NCBI RefSeq assembly: GCF_006345805.1 | Contig: NC_043000.1 | Coordinates: 117,056,001-117,120,000 of the forward strand | From: Octopus sinensis | Lineage: Eukaryota | Length of the DNA stretch: 64,000 bases | Reading direction: 5' to 3' | Shown here: positions 1 to 13,534 of the stretch, piece after piece | Layout of the letters: every line of letters starts with the position of its first letter | Numbering within the stretch: position 1 is the first letter of the stretch | Made by a program: the position numbers and the translations under genes | The notes under the pieces: generated by a model | What the model saw: the letters and a program-made list of their open reading frames with translations, nothing else | Told to the model about the DNA's origin: nothing | Databases searched by the model: none

Positions 1-2364
1 CCAACTTGCTTAACCACGAATCGAGGCAAGGCACGACGGTCAGGCGGTAGGTGATGACAGAGGCTATAAACATATGTACCATCTCCGCCCTCCCTTTCAA
101 GGAAAGATGCCTTCCGGACCACTTCTGTACTATAGCTTCTACCTTGTTCGCTACCTCGCTCCAATTCTTCTTCGTCTGGGAGTCTGGACCAAACCAAACT
201 CCGAGCAATTTAACAACACGGGACAATATCGGCTTGTTCCTCCAGGTGCCGATGCGCAAACCGGTGGACTTGTCCTTGTTAACTTTTGCCCCTGCCACCG
301 CTTCGTATCTTCGGAGAGCACCTTCTACACGAGCGAGCTGTGCTTCGTTGGACACGATAAGGGTTACGTCATCCGCATAGGCAGAAACAGACTTACCGCA
401 TCCGATTTCATTAGGGTTGCCTCCCAACTTCTCCAACTTCCGCAGCAATGGCTCAAGAGCCAAAACATACAGGAGCGGGGACAAGGGACACCCTTGACGA
501 ACTGAACGTTTGATCGAAAACGGCTCCGTTAGGTAACAGTTTATCTGGACTGTGGACTTGATGCCGCTGTACATAGCTGAGATCCACCCGCAAAAGCCAG
601 AGCCCAACCCAGCCGCCCCGAGGACCGCCGCCAAGTACCGATGGTCTACCCTATCGAACGCTTTCCTTTGGTCTAAATGGACCAATGCCCCTCCTTTGCC
701 GGCTAATTTCCCGACCCTGTCTATAGTGTAGCGGAGAAGGTGAAGATTATCCTGGATCGACCTACCTGAGATTGCACATGTCTGTGCCTTCCCGACAAGT
801 TTCTCCACGACAGCCGTCAACATTTTTGCTAACACCTTGGCCAAAATCTTAAACTCTACATTAAGTAGAGTTATGGGCCTATAATTACTAATATTATCCC
901 CCTTGTTCGGGTCTTTCTGGACCAGCGTCACAACTCCCCGGCTCTCAGAACTGGGAATCCTCCCATTCTGTTGCCAGTTCGCATAGACTCCCGCCAGTAT
1001 ATCTCTTAACAAATCCGGCATACAACAATAGAACTCATAGGGCAGACCATCTAACCCCGGCGACTTTTCCCCGGTGCAACCGGCCATAACCTCTCTTACA
1101 TCCGCGGGAGAGATCGATCCTTCACAGCATTCCGCCTCACGTGTCGAGAGCCGCGGCCCACCGGCTAGGAAGTCCTTTAAGGCCTCCCCTCGCTCGAGCG
1201 GACCGCCATCCCTAAACAACCGGGCGAAATGCTGGTGAAGGACCTACTGCATCTCCTCCTGTCCATAGATCTTGCGACCCTGCTCGTCAGTTAAAGACTT
1301 AATACAGGACTTTTTGCCCTTCTGACTCTCCTCACGACGGGCCCATCCGGCAACATTAATAGCTTCTCGTTTCCCTGCACGTAACTTAGCTCTGACTCTA
1401 CACCCCTCATGCTTGGCGTTGAGGTGACGGTACAAGACCGTTCTCGCTGCCAACACTCCAGATGTACAGCCAGATTCCATTGCCTCGTCTAAGTTCTTAA
1501 CTAATTCGCCCTCTATTCTAGTCCTATCTAAACTTAGCTGCTTGCTAAATCTAATGCACTCCAAACGGATGGCTCTTTTGAGGGCGAGCCACCATCTATT
1601 ATTAATGATGGTGCCACATAATGCCCTCTGGACTAATTCCTTAATCCGGGTACGGAAAGCTTCACAAGTCAAAATAGACTTGTTCATTTTCCAGTACCCG
1701 GGACCCTGTCTATGGCATTTATCTACCTGTACCTCACACGTCACAAGCTTGTGATCCGTGTAAGCCACAACAGAAAATTGTGGACAGCTAACGCTATTCC
1801 TATCTCGTTCCTTAACAAATACGATCTGCGTGAGCCGTCGTTGTTACTCCACGTCCACTGTGGAACGTTCGGCTCATCCAGTCGAAAACGGTCTACTAGA
1901 TTAAAGCTCGCTAGTAGAGCCTTGAGGCAAGGATTCCCTTTTCTATCGTTCGAGCCTACACTATCAACCCGCGCATCGAGAATAGTGTTGAAGTCCCCTA
2001 CCAAGACTACCGTTTTAGACGTCACTAGAAAGGAACATAGACAACTACCAAGCTGAAGGACTGCCTACTCACGTGAGTCACATCTAGGACAACCAGCCTA
2101 CCTTCTGGGTCCAGAAAAACGGTACTTACCTGTAAGTCCAAGTTCTTCCTGATAAGGACCTGCCACGCCGGCACCTCCCCCTCGGCTAGGAGAAATAAAT
2201 TTCTCGTAACCATTGAGAAGTGGCGAGAACGTTTGGGGTCCTTTCATCTTGGACTCGGTGACAATAACCACATCGATTCTATGTGAAATGAGGTCGTCCA
2301 GCAAACAAGCCTGTTTCCATTTCGACCCCATTCCACGCACATTTATACAGCCCAACTTAATCAT
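1..2364 (-). pseudogene. Tx1-like ORF2 (APE endonuclease + reverse transcriptase), frameshifted
   Basis: MIKLGCINVRG, VIVTESK, VLVGDFN, TDHKLV, GPGYWKMN, KSPGLDGLPYEFY, NYRPITLLN, KAFDRVDH, RQGCPLSPLLY and AYADD are spread over several frames. Confidence 0.9.
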
Positions 2365-2386
2365 TGAAGAAAGAAAAATAATTTAC

Positions 2387-3927
2387 TTACGGTTGCGAGA
2401 GGGAGCATGACAGATTATGTCCGCCTGCCTCCTCCACACTCTCCGTTGTTGCTGGGCATTTCATCGGCGTTGCCACCGGGCTCTGGGTTGGTGTGGCTAC
2501 CGGGCTGATGTGCACTCTCCCAGCTATCACCTCCTGGGTGACATCCATAATGAAACCGCCCTTTACATGTTGTTGGAAGAGTCTCTCCTTCCATTCCTCC
2601 TCGCCGACCCTTGCGTATCTCCATTCCGGGTCCTTCTCTGTCGTTTTAAAGCATTTGATTTGAGTTCTTGCTTTCACGAACCTCACAACTCTCTCATTTC
2701 TCGTATTATAAGCTATACACTTATCATTTGATTGAAACCCTTTTAAAGTTGGTGGGTGGGGTTTATTGAACTGCTGTCCTACAAACGTAGTACCAGCGGG
2801 ATGGGATTGGAAATTTTTTTTATATTGTTCGTCTGCATTATTGATTTTCTTTTTTGTTTGGGGTGGGGAATCAGGGGTGTTAGATTTTTTCTTTTGTTTG
2901 TCACAGTCGTGTATTCTATTTCTTCTTGCTCATTTTTTTTTGTTAGATTATTTTCCTCCTCCTTTTCTTTTTCGTTTTGTTTTTCATTCTTTTTCTCCTC
3001 CTCTTTTTGAATTTCAATTTGTTTTTTCTTTTCCGTGTTTTCTTTTGTTGTTGCTGTGTTGTCTGCTTTGTTGTTCTCTGTGTTTTTCACAGCGTTTTGA
3101 GGAGGCGCGTTGACCGTTTTTTTTTTCGTACATACGGAGCGAATATGGCCCTTTTGTCCGCACTTGAAACATCTGGGCCTGCGTCCCTCTACCGATACAC
3201 GTATGGTATGCCCCTTCCCCACGAAGACCCTATCTGGCAAGCTTTCCAGCGTAGAATTTTCTGCTTGAATAATCATCTCAAGCTGTTGGCCTTTCCAGTT
3301 TGTTGCCTCTTTCTTCCTCATGCTCAATATTCTTAATTTTTCCTCCACATCAAATATGACCGCCGTTGCCACCCACATCACTTCATAGCCCCTTGGTATG
3401 TCCTCAATTGTAACTTTCGCCATCCTACGTCCCAAATACAAGGGAAGTAAGAGGATGTGTTCGCTTTTCAACGTTTGTGTTGAAATTTCCTTCGCTACAT
3501 CAGCCGACTCGAAATGAGCTTCTATTGTAGCGATTCTCACAATTCGGCTGACGTAGCGAACCTTACTCCATATTGGCGCCATACACTATTCGACTATATC
3601 ATTTTTCACGTCGGTTATTCTTTTTTCTTTTATATTATATACTTTGTAAGTAACCGTCTTTCCTCGAATTGCCTGCATAGTTTCAGGGGGCGGTATTAAT
3701 CGCGTTTCTTCACCGCTTTTTTTAATTAACTTTCTGAACTGGAAGAGCTTCTCCATTGCCACTTCCAGCTCTACCACGTTGCCGCCTACGGCGTCAGAGA
3801 AACTTGGTTTTGCCTGTGTAACCTTTTGTTTGTTAACGGTTGTGCCTTCTCCCATCTCGGGAAAATCTTTTTTTGAATTTAAGTCAATTTCCATTATAGA
3901 AAAAAAGAAACTTGTCACAAATGACAA
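2387..3927 (-). pseudogene. Tx1-like ORF1 (gag-like, single CCHC knuckle)
   Basis: ORFs 3586..3927 and 2779..3582 are in the same frame, separated by one TAG (DIVE*CMAPIW). Contains CFKCGQKGHIRSVC. ORF 2387..2686 is probably a frameshifted C-terminal tail. Confidence 0.75.
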
Positions 3928-4002
3928 GGGAATTTTTCAAAAATAACCTATACAGGTTAACAGTTCACCCCGAATTGCGAAAATTACTGAGTCAAAAAAC
4001 AA

Positions 4003-4878
4003 CAGCTCACATTGCAGGTGCATAGTGTCTTCAGGGTTCTATATTGCCTGTGAAACTTTTGTATCATCTGCATAACTTGTGATCGTGGCTCTCTGCGTGG
4101 CTGAGGGCATGTATGAGAGGGCCATTATAAACAGTAGTGGTCCCAAAACAGTGCCTTGCGGAACACCGCTCACTATTTGCGTGTTATTGGAGGTGGCCAC
4201 ATTGGCTACTACCACCTGACTTCTATCCTTCAGAAAGTCATGAAGCCATTCTCCCAATTTTCCAACTATGCCAAGATCACGCAGTTTGTGGCATATCATT
4301 CCGTGATCGACTTTATCAAAGGCCTTTGCAAAGTCGAGATATATCACTTCCACATTTGAGTGGTTGAGCAGTCGTTTCAGCATCCAGTCATAGTGTTGTA
4401 GGAGCTGAGTTAGGCAGCTTCTTCCTGGTCGGAAACCATGTTGGGTGGCAGGCAGCAAGTCATTTTCTTCAAAGAAGGTGATTAGTTTCCTTCTGACTAT
4501 TCGTTCCATGACCTTGCTGCCTCTGATTTTACATCTGCAGTGGTAAAGAAGTCAGTTGGATTGCTGACTTGAAAATGCCCTTGAGGTGGAGTGAAAATAC
4601 TCTTGAATTGCTCATTTAGTATTTCACTTATCCTCATTGGATTTCCTGTGAGTGTGCCATCATTTTCAAGGAGTGACCCTATCCTATAGTGCACCGTAGC
4701 TGTTTATTTGGCATACCTGTAGAAAGCTCTGGGGTTAGATTTTATGTTGTCTATAGCCCAGGCTTCTTTGTCTGCTCTTTCTTTTTCACGGGAGAGTTGC
4801 AGACATTCATTCTCCAACAGTTTTATTTTCAGGCGGGACTTTTCACTGCTTTCAATTTCTCTGTTTAGGCGATTTGAA
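4003..4878 (-). mobile_element. CR1/L2-like LINE ORF2 fragment with an internal deletion
   Basis: IKSNPRAFYRYAK, ISEILNEQFKSIFT, QHGFRPGRSCLTQLL, YLDFAKAFDKVDH, SGVPQGTVLGPLLF, SYADDTK. The expected PGPDG..NYRPISL block is missing near 4510. Confidence 0.85.
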
Positions 4879-4880
4879 AC

Positions 4881-4881
4881 T

Positions 4882-4949
<68 letters not shown>

Positions 4950-4974
4950 TATATATATCTATATATATATATAT

Positions 4975-5015
<41 letters not shown>

Positions 5016-5049
5016 TATATATGTATATATATATATATAGGTATATATG

Positions 5050-5082
<33 letters not shown>

Positions 5083-5112
5083 GTATATATATATGTATAT
5101 ATATACATATAT

Positions 5113-5197
<85 letters not shown>

Positions 5198-5265
5198 ATA
5201 TATATATATATATATATAATATATATATATATATATAATATATATATATAATTATATATATATAT

Positions 5266-5308
<43 letters not shown>

Positions 5309-5342
5309 TATATATGTATATATATATATATAGGTATATATG

Positions 5343-5379
<37 letters not shown>

Positions 5380-5415
5380 GTATATATATATGTATATATA
5401 TACATATATGGATAT

Positions 5416-5458
<43 letters not shown>

Positions 5459-5635
5459 TATATATTATATATATATATTATATATATATATATGGATATA
5501 TATAAAGTAACAAACTGATGGAAAAATCCTTCGAAGCGATGAGCTAAACTTGCAAGTCACTGGTACGTCAGTTGCATACCATATTTTGTTTTATACATAC
5601 ATCTATCTATATATATATATGTGTGTATATATATA

Positions 5636-5693
<58 letters not shown>

Positions 5694-5795
5694 GTACATA
5701 TATATATATATATGTATATATATGTACATATATGTATACATATATATATACATATATACACACATATATATACATACATATATATATATACATAC

Positions 5796-5854
<59 letters not shown>

Positions 5855-5874
5855 ATATATATATATACATATAT

Positions 5875-5905
<31 letters not shown>

Positions 5906-5935
5906 CATATACACATATATGTATATACATATTCA
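4881..5935. repeat. (TA)n/(TACA)n microsatellite tracts
   Basis: Read directly; a short unique spacer lies at about 5505-5600. Confidence 0.95.
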
Positions 5936-5939
5936 TGCA

Positions 5940-6119
5940 CTGTTGTGTCTGAGGAGAGTCATTTTCCTTTTGTGCCCTACAATGTAACACATTCACCGGT
6001 AAAATTTATTTATTTCTTATTTTTATTTTCCTAAAATTTTCGTTGCGTCTTGCAACCTTTTCAATAGTCTTTACCGGTGAGTGTGTTAAAAAGAAAATGA
6101 CTCTCTCCAGACATAACAG
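5940..6119. repeat. Inverted repeat (arms 5940-6003 and 6070-6119), Penelope pLTR-like
   Basis: ctgttgtgtctgaggagagtcattttc..ttcaccggtaaa versus tttaccggtgag..gaaaatgactctctccagacataacag. Confidence 0.8.
6031..6067 (-). ncRNA. Minimal hammerhead-like motif, U3-A8 core variant
   Basis: CUA-UUGAAAA-G-GUUGC aagac GCAAC-GAAA-AU-UU-UAG. Helix I is only 3 bp. Confidence 0.4.
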
Positions 6120-6264
6120 AATATGCTTCAACACACGAACTCATATAAAGAATCTTGCAAACCAAATCCAAAAACGGAACATATTCATACATATATACAT
6201 TTATACACATACATACATTCAGACGTACATACTTCCATATCGAAATGCATCGCTTGACCAAGTT

Positions 6265-7350
6265 TATATGGATGAAACTAATAAGAATTTGGCAGCAGCT
6301 CCTTGAGCGACATTGTTTGTTTGATAACCTAGAATACATCCCCAAAGAAATGGCACGACTCCAGGACAACGTATCGTTAGATGAAAGGATGAGTCTATAT
6401 GAGCAGAAGACTATGCATGGATATGTTAGTAGAAAGCTCCGAGATGATAGTAACATTGATCCTCAAAGGAGTTTATCATGGATCAATAGCCGGATTACTA
6501 TCTCCCACTTTCCAGGATATGCGTTTGCAATCAAGGAGCAGGAAATATCAACCAAGTACTTGATGTACAAAAGTGATAGAAATGCAGGAAAGCAGTAAAA
6601 TATGACAACCGAAGCAGACTTTGTGGAGTTAACACCGAAGATATCATCCACATCATAAGCAGTTGTCCGAAAATGTCATCACAGTAATATCTACCGATGC
6701 AACATGATGTTGTAGCTAGGCCACTCTATAATGAAATCCGTCGGAATAATAATTCCGAGGATAAAGAAATAAGAACCCATAATATTGTAGAAGACACTCA
6801 TAATAAAAAGGAATACTGGTGGAATGCACCAGTGAAGACCTCAAAAAAATGAAAGCACAACAGACCTGATAGAATGACTTGGGATAAATAGGAGAAACTG
6901 TGTGCAGTTTTGCAAATTAGCAACCCAGCGGATATTAATATACAGCTGAAGATCAGTGGAAAAGAGAATATCTCCGCTGAATTACAGAGGGTTCAGTTTT
7001 AAACCTGTAATTATTGGAGGCCTGGGATATGTAACACATTGCCTAAATACCGATCTCGAGAAATTATGCTTCCCAGAATCAGAAAGGAGAAAGCTAATTC
7101 GAAGACCATAGATCCAATCCATAGCTGAAACTGTAAAAATCGTAAAACTTTCCAGAAGTTTATCGTTTAAATATATATGAGCATGTCTAGATATGTAACT
7201 AAATTCATCGGAATGCATACATATAGCAAAACATACAAATCTGCACATATACATACATACAAATATATTACCCATTTGTTGATATGTTGAAATTCCAATG
7301 AAGGAACCTTCTAGGTTAGAAACCGACTCTTTCTCTATTGGCAATAAATG
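6265..7350 (+). mobile_element. R4/Dong/NeSL-like RLE LINE, 3' fragment
   Basis: KTMHG, AIKEQEISTKYL, RLCG..EDIIHIISSC..HDVVA, WWNAPV..HNRPD..ISNPAD, PVIIGGLG; the 3' UTR ends with aataaa followed by (CATA/TATG)n. Confidence 0.8.
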
Positions 7351-7406
7351 TGAATGACATACATACATGCATATGTATGTATGTATGTATGTATATATAT
7401 AGAGAT

Positions 7407-7478
<72 letters not shown>

Positions 7479-7566
7479 AATGGTAAGACAACGAAAGAAT
7501 GAAAAAGACTTCAAAATTATGTAAATAGAGGAATTTAACTGTGAATACAATATGTGACGATGGTCG

Positions 7567-7627
7567 GATAACTGAAGAGATGGCGGCGTGGGTTTCCGCC
7601 CCGACATCCGAAACTCGGAGTTTTATC
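7567..7627 (+). ncRNA. Type-I hammerhead ribozyme, intact core
   Basis: GAUAA-CUGAAGA-GAUG..CAUC(C)-GAAA-CUCGGAG-UU-UUAUC. Predicted cleavage after 7622. Enclosed by an 11-bp inverted repeat (7548-7558 / 7645-7655). Confidence 0.75.
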
Positions 7628-7671
7628 ATGGCTACCGAATAATTGTCACATATTGTTTTTGCAGATATGTG

Positions 7672-7719
<48 letters not shown>

Positions 7720-7766
7720 ATATATATATATACGTACATAGATATATATATATATATAATATATAT

Positions 7767-7801
<35 letters not shown>

Positions 7802-8237
7802 TATTATCGTAAACAGACTGGTTATTTTGTCTCAGAACACTTGCAAAAGAAAAGCATAAGTTTCGTAAACGTATGGATATTCAATATATTTCATGTCATG
7901 CACCGTCACACATACATACTCGAATACAAAATCCTATATTTATATAAACACACATGAATATAATTTGGGAATAAAATATGCCTTATGGTCCTAGAAGCGT
8001 TTATGCAACTTATAATATTGCAAACGGGACATTAAAAACTGAAAAGTGGTAATATTCAATTTAGTTCTATTTTAGTAGCTTTAACTTTTCACATCAACAG
8101 CACCAAACTATGTTAGGACCTCTGCCGCACAGACAAATTAACCTAAGCGATGCATGTCGTGCAATGAACTTTGAAAGTTTGGGGCGGTGATCCCACATTA
8201 ACAAGTGGGATTTTTTCATATACTAAACCACTCTTGA

Positions 8238-8465
8238 TACAAGGAGTTGCTGAAAAGTTTCTGACATTAAGGGTGTCACGAAATGTTTGGTTGGAGGCCC
8301 AAAATTCCGAGTTATTTTACTAGTGTTAGAAAAACTGAAGGACCACTGCAATAAATGTGTTAATCTGAGCGGGAAATGGCATATGTTGAATAAAATCATA
8401 ATTTACTGATCCTGTAACTCCTGTATTTTCTTTTATCAAACGCAAGGAACTTTTAAACCTTTCGT
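8238..8465. mobile_element. Short mariner-derived non-autonomous element, decayed
   Basis: Left end gagttgctgaaaagtttctg is roughly complementary to right end caaggaactttt; the interior resembles a mariner C-terminus (LEKLKDHCNKCVNL). Confidence 0.45.
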
Positions 8466-8499
8466 CTCAATTTTATAAAGAATCATACATATATATATA

Positions 8500-8548
<49 letters not shown>

Positions 8549-9695
8549 ATGTTCGCTCACTTATGCATATATTTAAGTGTTTGTATGTGTGTGTGTGTGT
8601 GTGTGTGTCTTTGTGTTTGTATTTCTAAGCTCGTGTACATCAGTGCATGTGTGTATCTGCAAGGAGAGCATGATTTTAACTTAACTCCTGGTAATCTCGT
8701 CTGTGAAGCAAGTCCCGTTACCCACAAACCGTTTCTGTTTTATTTATTTTATTTATTAATCTATCTATTTTTCATTTTCCTCTTTACCTTCTTTACTCAG
8801 AATACCCAACCACGAAAAAAACCCAAGAAAAGCGAAAGAAAAAAACAAGAGAAAGTTCTGTCTTTGTTATTGTTCATTAAACCTTCGATTTAATGATGCC
8901 GTTACCACAAATGCCAGACAGCGGCATGTATATGAATCTTTAGACATGGACTGCTTTTAGTTTTTTTTTTTTTTTCTAGGACAAACTTATAAAAATACTT
9001 TGAACAGGTAAAGGGTTAACATGCATTTGATATAATGTTTCATATTGGGTGGTTTTTAATTTTTAAAGTTTATCACTCTCACAAGTGTCTGAAACCTTGT
9101 CATTAATTAAAACATTTTGTGTTACGGTATCTCGATTGTGCTGTGTATCGCAGTTCCTTCTTTATAAACAGTTTAATAAGAAACCTCGTTCACTTGTCAT
9201 GATGTCTAATATACTATAAAGCGACATTCAAATATATTGTGAATATTTCTTGCACAACAACTCTTACCAAATACCATGGAGTGGAATTTGGAGCCAGTTT
9301 GCGAGTTTGGTTGTCGTATCTTAAATTGTCTTCGTCCTGTCAACGAAGTTTTATTTATCTCCTACAATAGCGACCATGTCACTTGTCAGTACAAAACAGA
9401 CATTAAAATGAATTCTGATATAAATAAAAAATATGGTAAACAAAAGTGTTTAACTTACAGATTAACGGCGAGAAACGGTAACTGTACAGTGAAAAAGTTT
9501 CTGGTTCTCTTGGCCTGAGCCTTTACCTTTGATAGTTCTCCGGTGTTTGGGAAGTTAAACGTTGGGCAAAGGTCTTTTAGTTACTGGCAGTCTTTGGCCT
9601 GTTTGTTTCTATACACCTATGTATAGAAATATAGATGTAGGTAAATGTAGGTATATAGCTACAGATATTTAAATATACATACACACATATCTACA

Positions 9696-9792
<97 letters not shown>

Positions 9793-9798
9793 TGTATG

Positions 9799-9832
<34 letters not shown>

Positions 9833-11024
9833 TGTATGTATGTATGTATGTCTTTATGTATGTGTGAGCGAACGTGTGTGTGCGTGTATGTATGTGAATG
9901 TATACCTATAAACCGTGTCTTGTACACGCCCAAGTTGATATCGACGCCGTACAAAAGATGCGGAGAGATGACTTGATGAAAAAAACGGTTGAAATGAATA
10001 TTACTATACACACATAAGTGTTATGCTCAAGTTTATAACACTTCTGTGTTAAAAATATGTGAAAATATTTCGGCAATTGAACATATACGTATATGTGTGT
10101 TATTATTATACGTATATCTGTATATACGCGCACCCATATATATTCATGTATATATCATGTGTAAATATATGTATACATATATGTATATATTTATGTACGT
10201 TTGTATATGAACATGGATATATGTATATATATATATGTAGTTATATATACTTTCAGGATTGTGTATCAATACTGTTGCTTTTTAAATTTTTTTACTGATT
10301 TTGATTTTTTTTAATGTTTGTAAGAATTTTCTGTGTAAAGTATATAACCATTAATCAATAATACACATATTTATATATAGCATCATATTTTATATATACG
10401 ATTATCTATGTATACATATATACATGTATATGTGTGAGTGTATGTGTATGAGAGATAGTGTGTGTGTGTGTGTGTGCGTGTATGTATATATATATTCTTT
10501 TTAAGTTATGATGTAGTATAAGAACGTTACTTTTTAGGTTGAAGTTGTCCTGTTAATACTTCTTTCTTTCTTTCTTTCTTTCTTTCTTCTATTCTGTATG
10601 ATTCTTTTTCCTGTGGTTTTTGCTTTTCCTTTTTGTTTTGTTTTTTGTTTATAATAAATTCATATATCAGTTTATGGTATGAACCGAGAAGATATTCGTC
10701 CGATGCTAACTATGCATTTGTAGTGAAAGACTAGGAATGGAGGAAGATATTTGCAATGGGAGGTATTTCTCACAAAATCTTCCTTCGGTGTGTGTTCCTA
10801 AAACCAGGTGGACAGGCCCTTTATATTTTGGCCCACTGCCTTTGACGGCATTAATTTCACCAATATATTTAACGCACACAAAAACTTACAAACACACACT
10901 CTCACCCACGCACCCACCCACACACATATACACATACATATTCACATCCCTTTCATATACATATAAGTATGTGTTTGGGGTGTGTATGTTTATACACCTA
11001 AACGCAACCACGTACATTTTCTAC

Positions 11025-11690
<666 letters not shown>

Positions 11691-12493
11691 CAGTGTGTGT
11701 ATGTTTATGTGCATGTGTGCGTGTATGTGTATGTGTGTGTGTGATATTCACCCATAAGATTTCTGTTACAATTTGTATTTTGTTTTATTAGTTACAATGT
11801 GTGTGTCTCTATGACGCTGACTACTCGAACCGAACGAAAACTGTAATCTCCTCCTCTTCACTACGAAAACACATAAACGGGGCGGAGTGTTGCAAGTTGT
11901 GGCCAGCAAAATGCGGAGGCACACATCGATTAAAATGAGTTTCTAAAGGTATTTATTGATTAAATGGCACGGAGTGAACACAGGAGATAGGAGGAGTATA
12001 GGGGAAGGGTGGATGTCGTTAGGAAATATGTAGGAGGGAAGTACAATGTACGGAAGAAAAAAAAAGAGAGGGCTAACGTTGGAACAGAGGATGAAGAGAG
12101 AGTAATGAGAGGATGAGTGAGGGGGAGATTGCGAGAGTGTGAGGCAGAGAGAGAGAGAGAGAGAGAGAGTAAAAGATTTAAAATATGAACGTGTGTCTAT
12201 AAATCTTAGGTCTTCTGTTTCTTACGTTCTCTGTATAAACACACATGCGAACAGTCATACGCACATGCGCACAGGGTCACACGCAGGCACGCACGCACGA
12301 ACGCACGCACATACATCCAAACACATGTCCAGAGATGATAACGAAGATAGACTAATTACGTTGACACACGCCAGTCTCTAACTAACCCCCTTCTCTCTTT
12401 ATCATTTTTTTTTTATTTATCAAACTCTCTCCTACTTTCTGTCTCTCTGTGTATATATTTGTTTGTGTGTTTTTGCGAGTATATCTATATCTA

Positions 12494-12578
<85 letters not shown>

Positions 12579-12728
12579 CTCTCTATATATATATATATAT
12601 AGACACACACACATATATATATATGTGTAGATATATAAATCTCACCCTCTCTCTCATATATATATATATATAGTTGTGCATGTGCGTGTGTAAGTGTGTG
12701 TGTGTGTGTGTCTATGGATATAAGTATG

Positions 12729-12770
<42 letters not shown>

Positions 12771-12984
12771 AATATATATATATATATATGCATATATACT
12801 TATGCTCATGTCTATATACACATACAATCGAAGGCATATATATTTGAATATATGTATATGTGCATTGTTTGTGTGTGTATACTTATATGTATATGCATAC
12901 ATACGCATGCACATAAATCTAAATACACATACATATGTCGGCATATATATTTATATATTTGTATATATGTATGTGTGTAATGTG

Positions 12985-13017
<33 letters not shown>

Positions 13018-13396
13018 GCATATAAATTCATGACTGAAAAATAATGAGGCTGAAAACTTGGAATCATGAAAAAGATAGACGATAGAATGTGGCGTAGGGA
13101 AGGAGAAGGAAGAGAAGAAGAGGAAGAAGAAGAAAAAGGAGAAGAAGAAGAAGAAGAAGAAGAAGAAGAAGATGAACAACAACAACGACAAGAGTACACA
13201 CCCATATATACTTGTACAAACATGTACACACGCAAACAAACACACACACATATATATACAGTTATATACACACATACACGCACGTGCACACACACACGTA
13301 CACACGCACAAGATAGTTACTGTAAATTTTAAGCGAAAGAAGATATATATATAGAGAGAGAGATAGACCGAGAGACAGACAGACAGACAGACAGAC

Positions 13397-13429
<33 letters not shown>

Positions 13430-13430
13430 T

Positions 13431-13504
<74 letters not shown>

Positions 13505-13534
13505 TGAATGATTGAATGATTGATTGATTGATAA

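Larger units (their letters stand above)
1..4002 (-). mobile_element. Tx1/L1-clade non-LTR retrotransposon, 5' end present, runs off the left edge, decayed
   Basis: Short 5' UTR, ORF1 with CCHC knuckle, then ORF2 with APE endonuclease and RT motifs in order. The 5' end abuts an interrupted CR1-like RT. Confidence 0.9.

Noticed and set aside
74-505. 143-aa plus-strand ORF
   Set aside because: Antisense shadow of the Tx1 RT with no independent motif.
9275-9617. Two possible minus-strand exons (9275-9361 and 9458-9617)
   Set aside because: Splice signals are present, but every joined frame hits a stop; at most non-coding.
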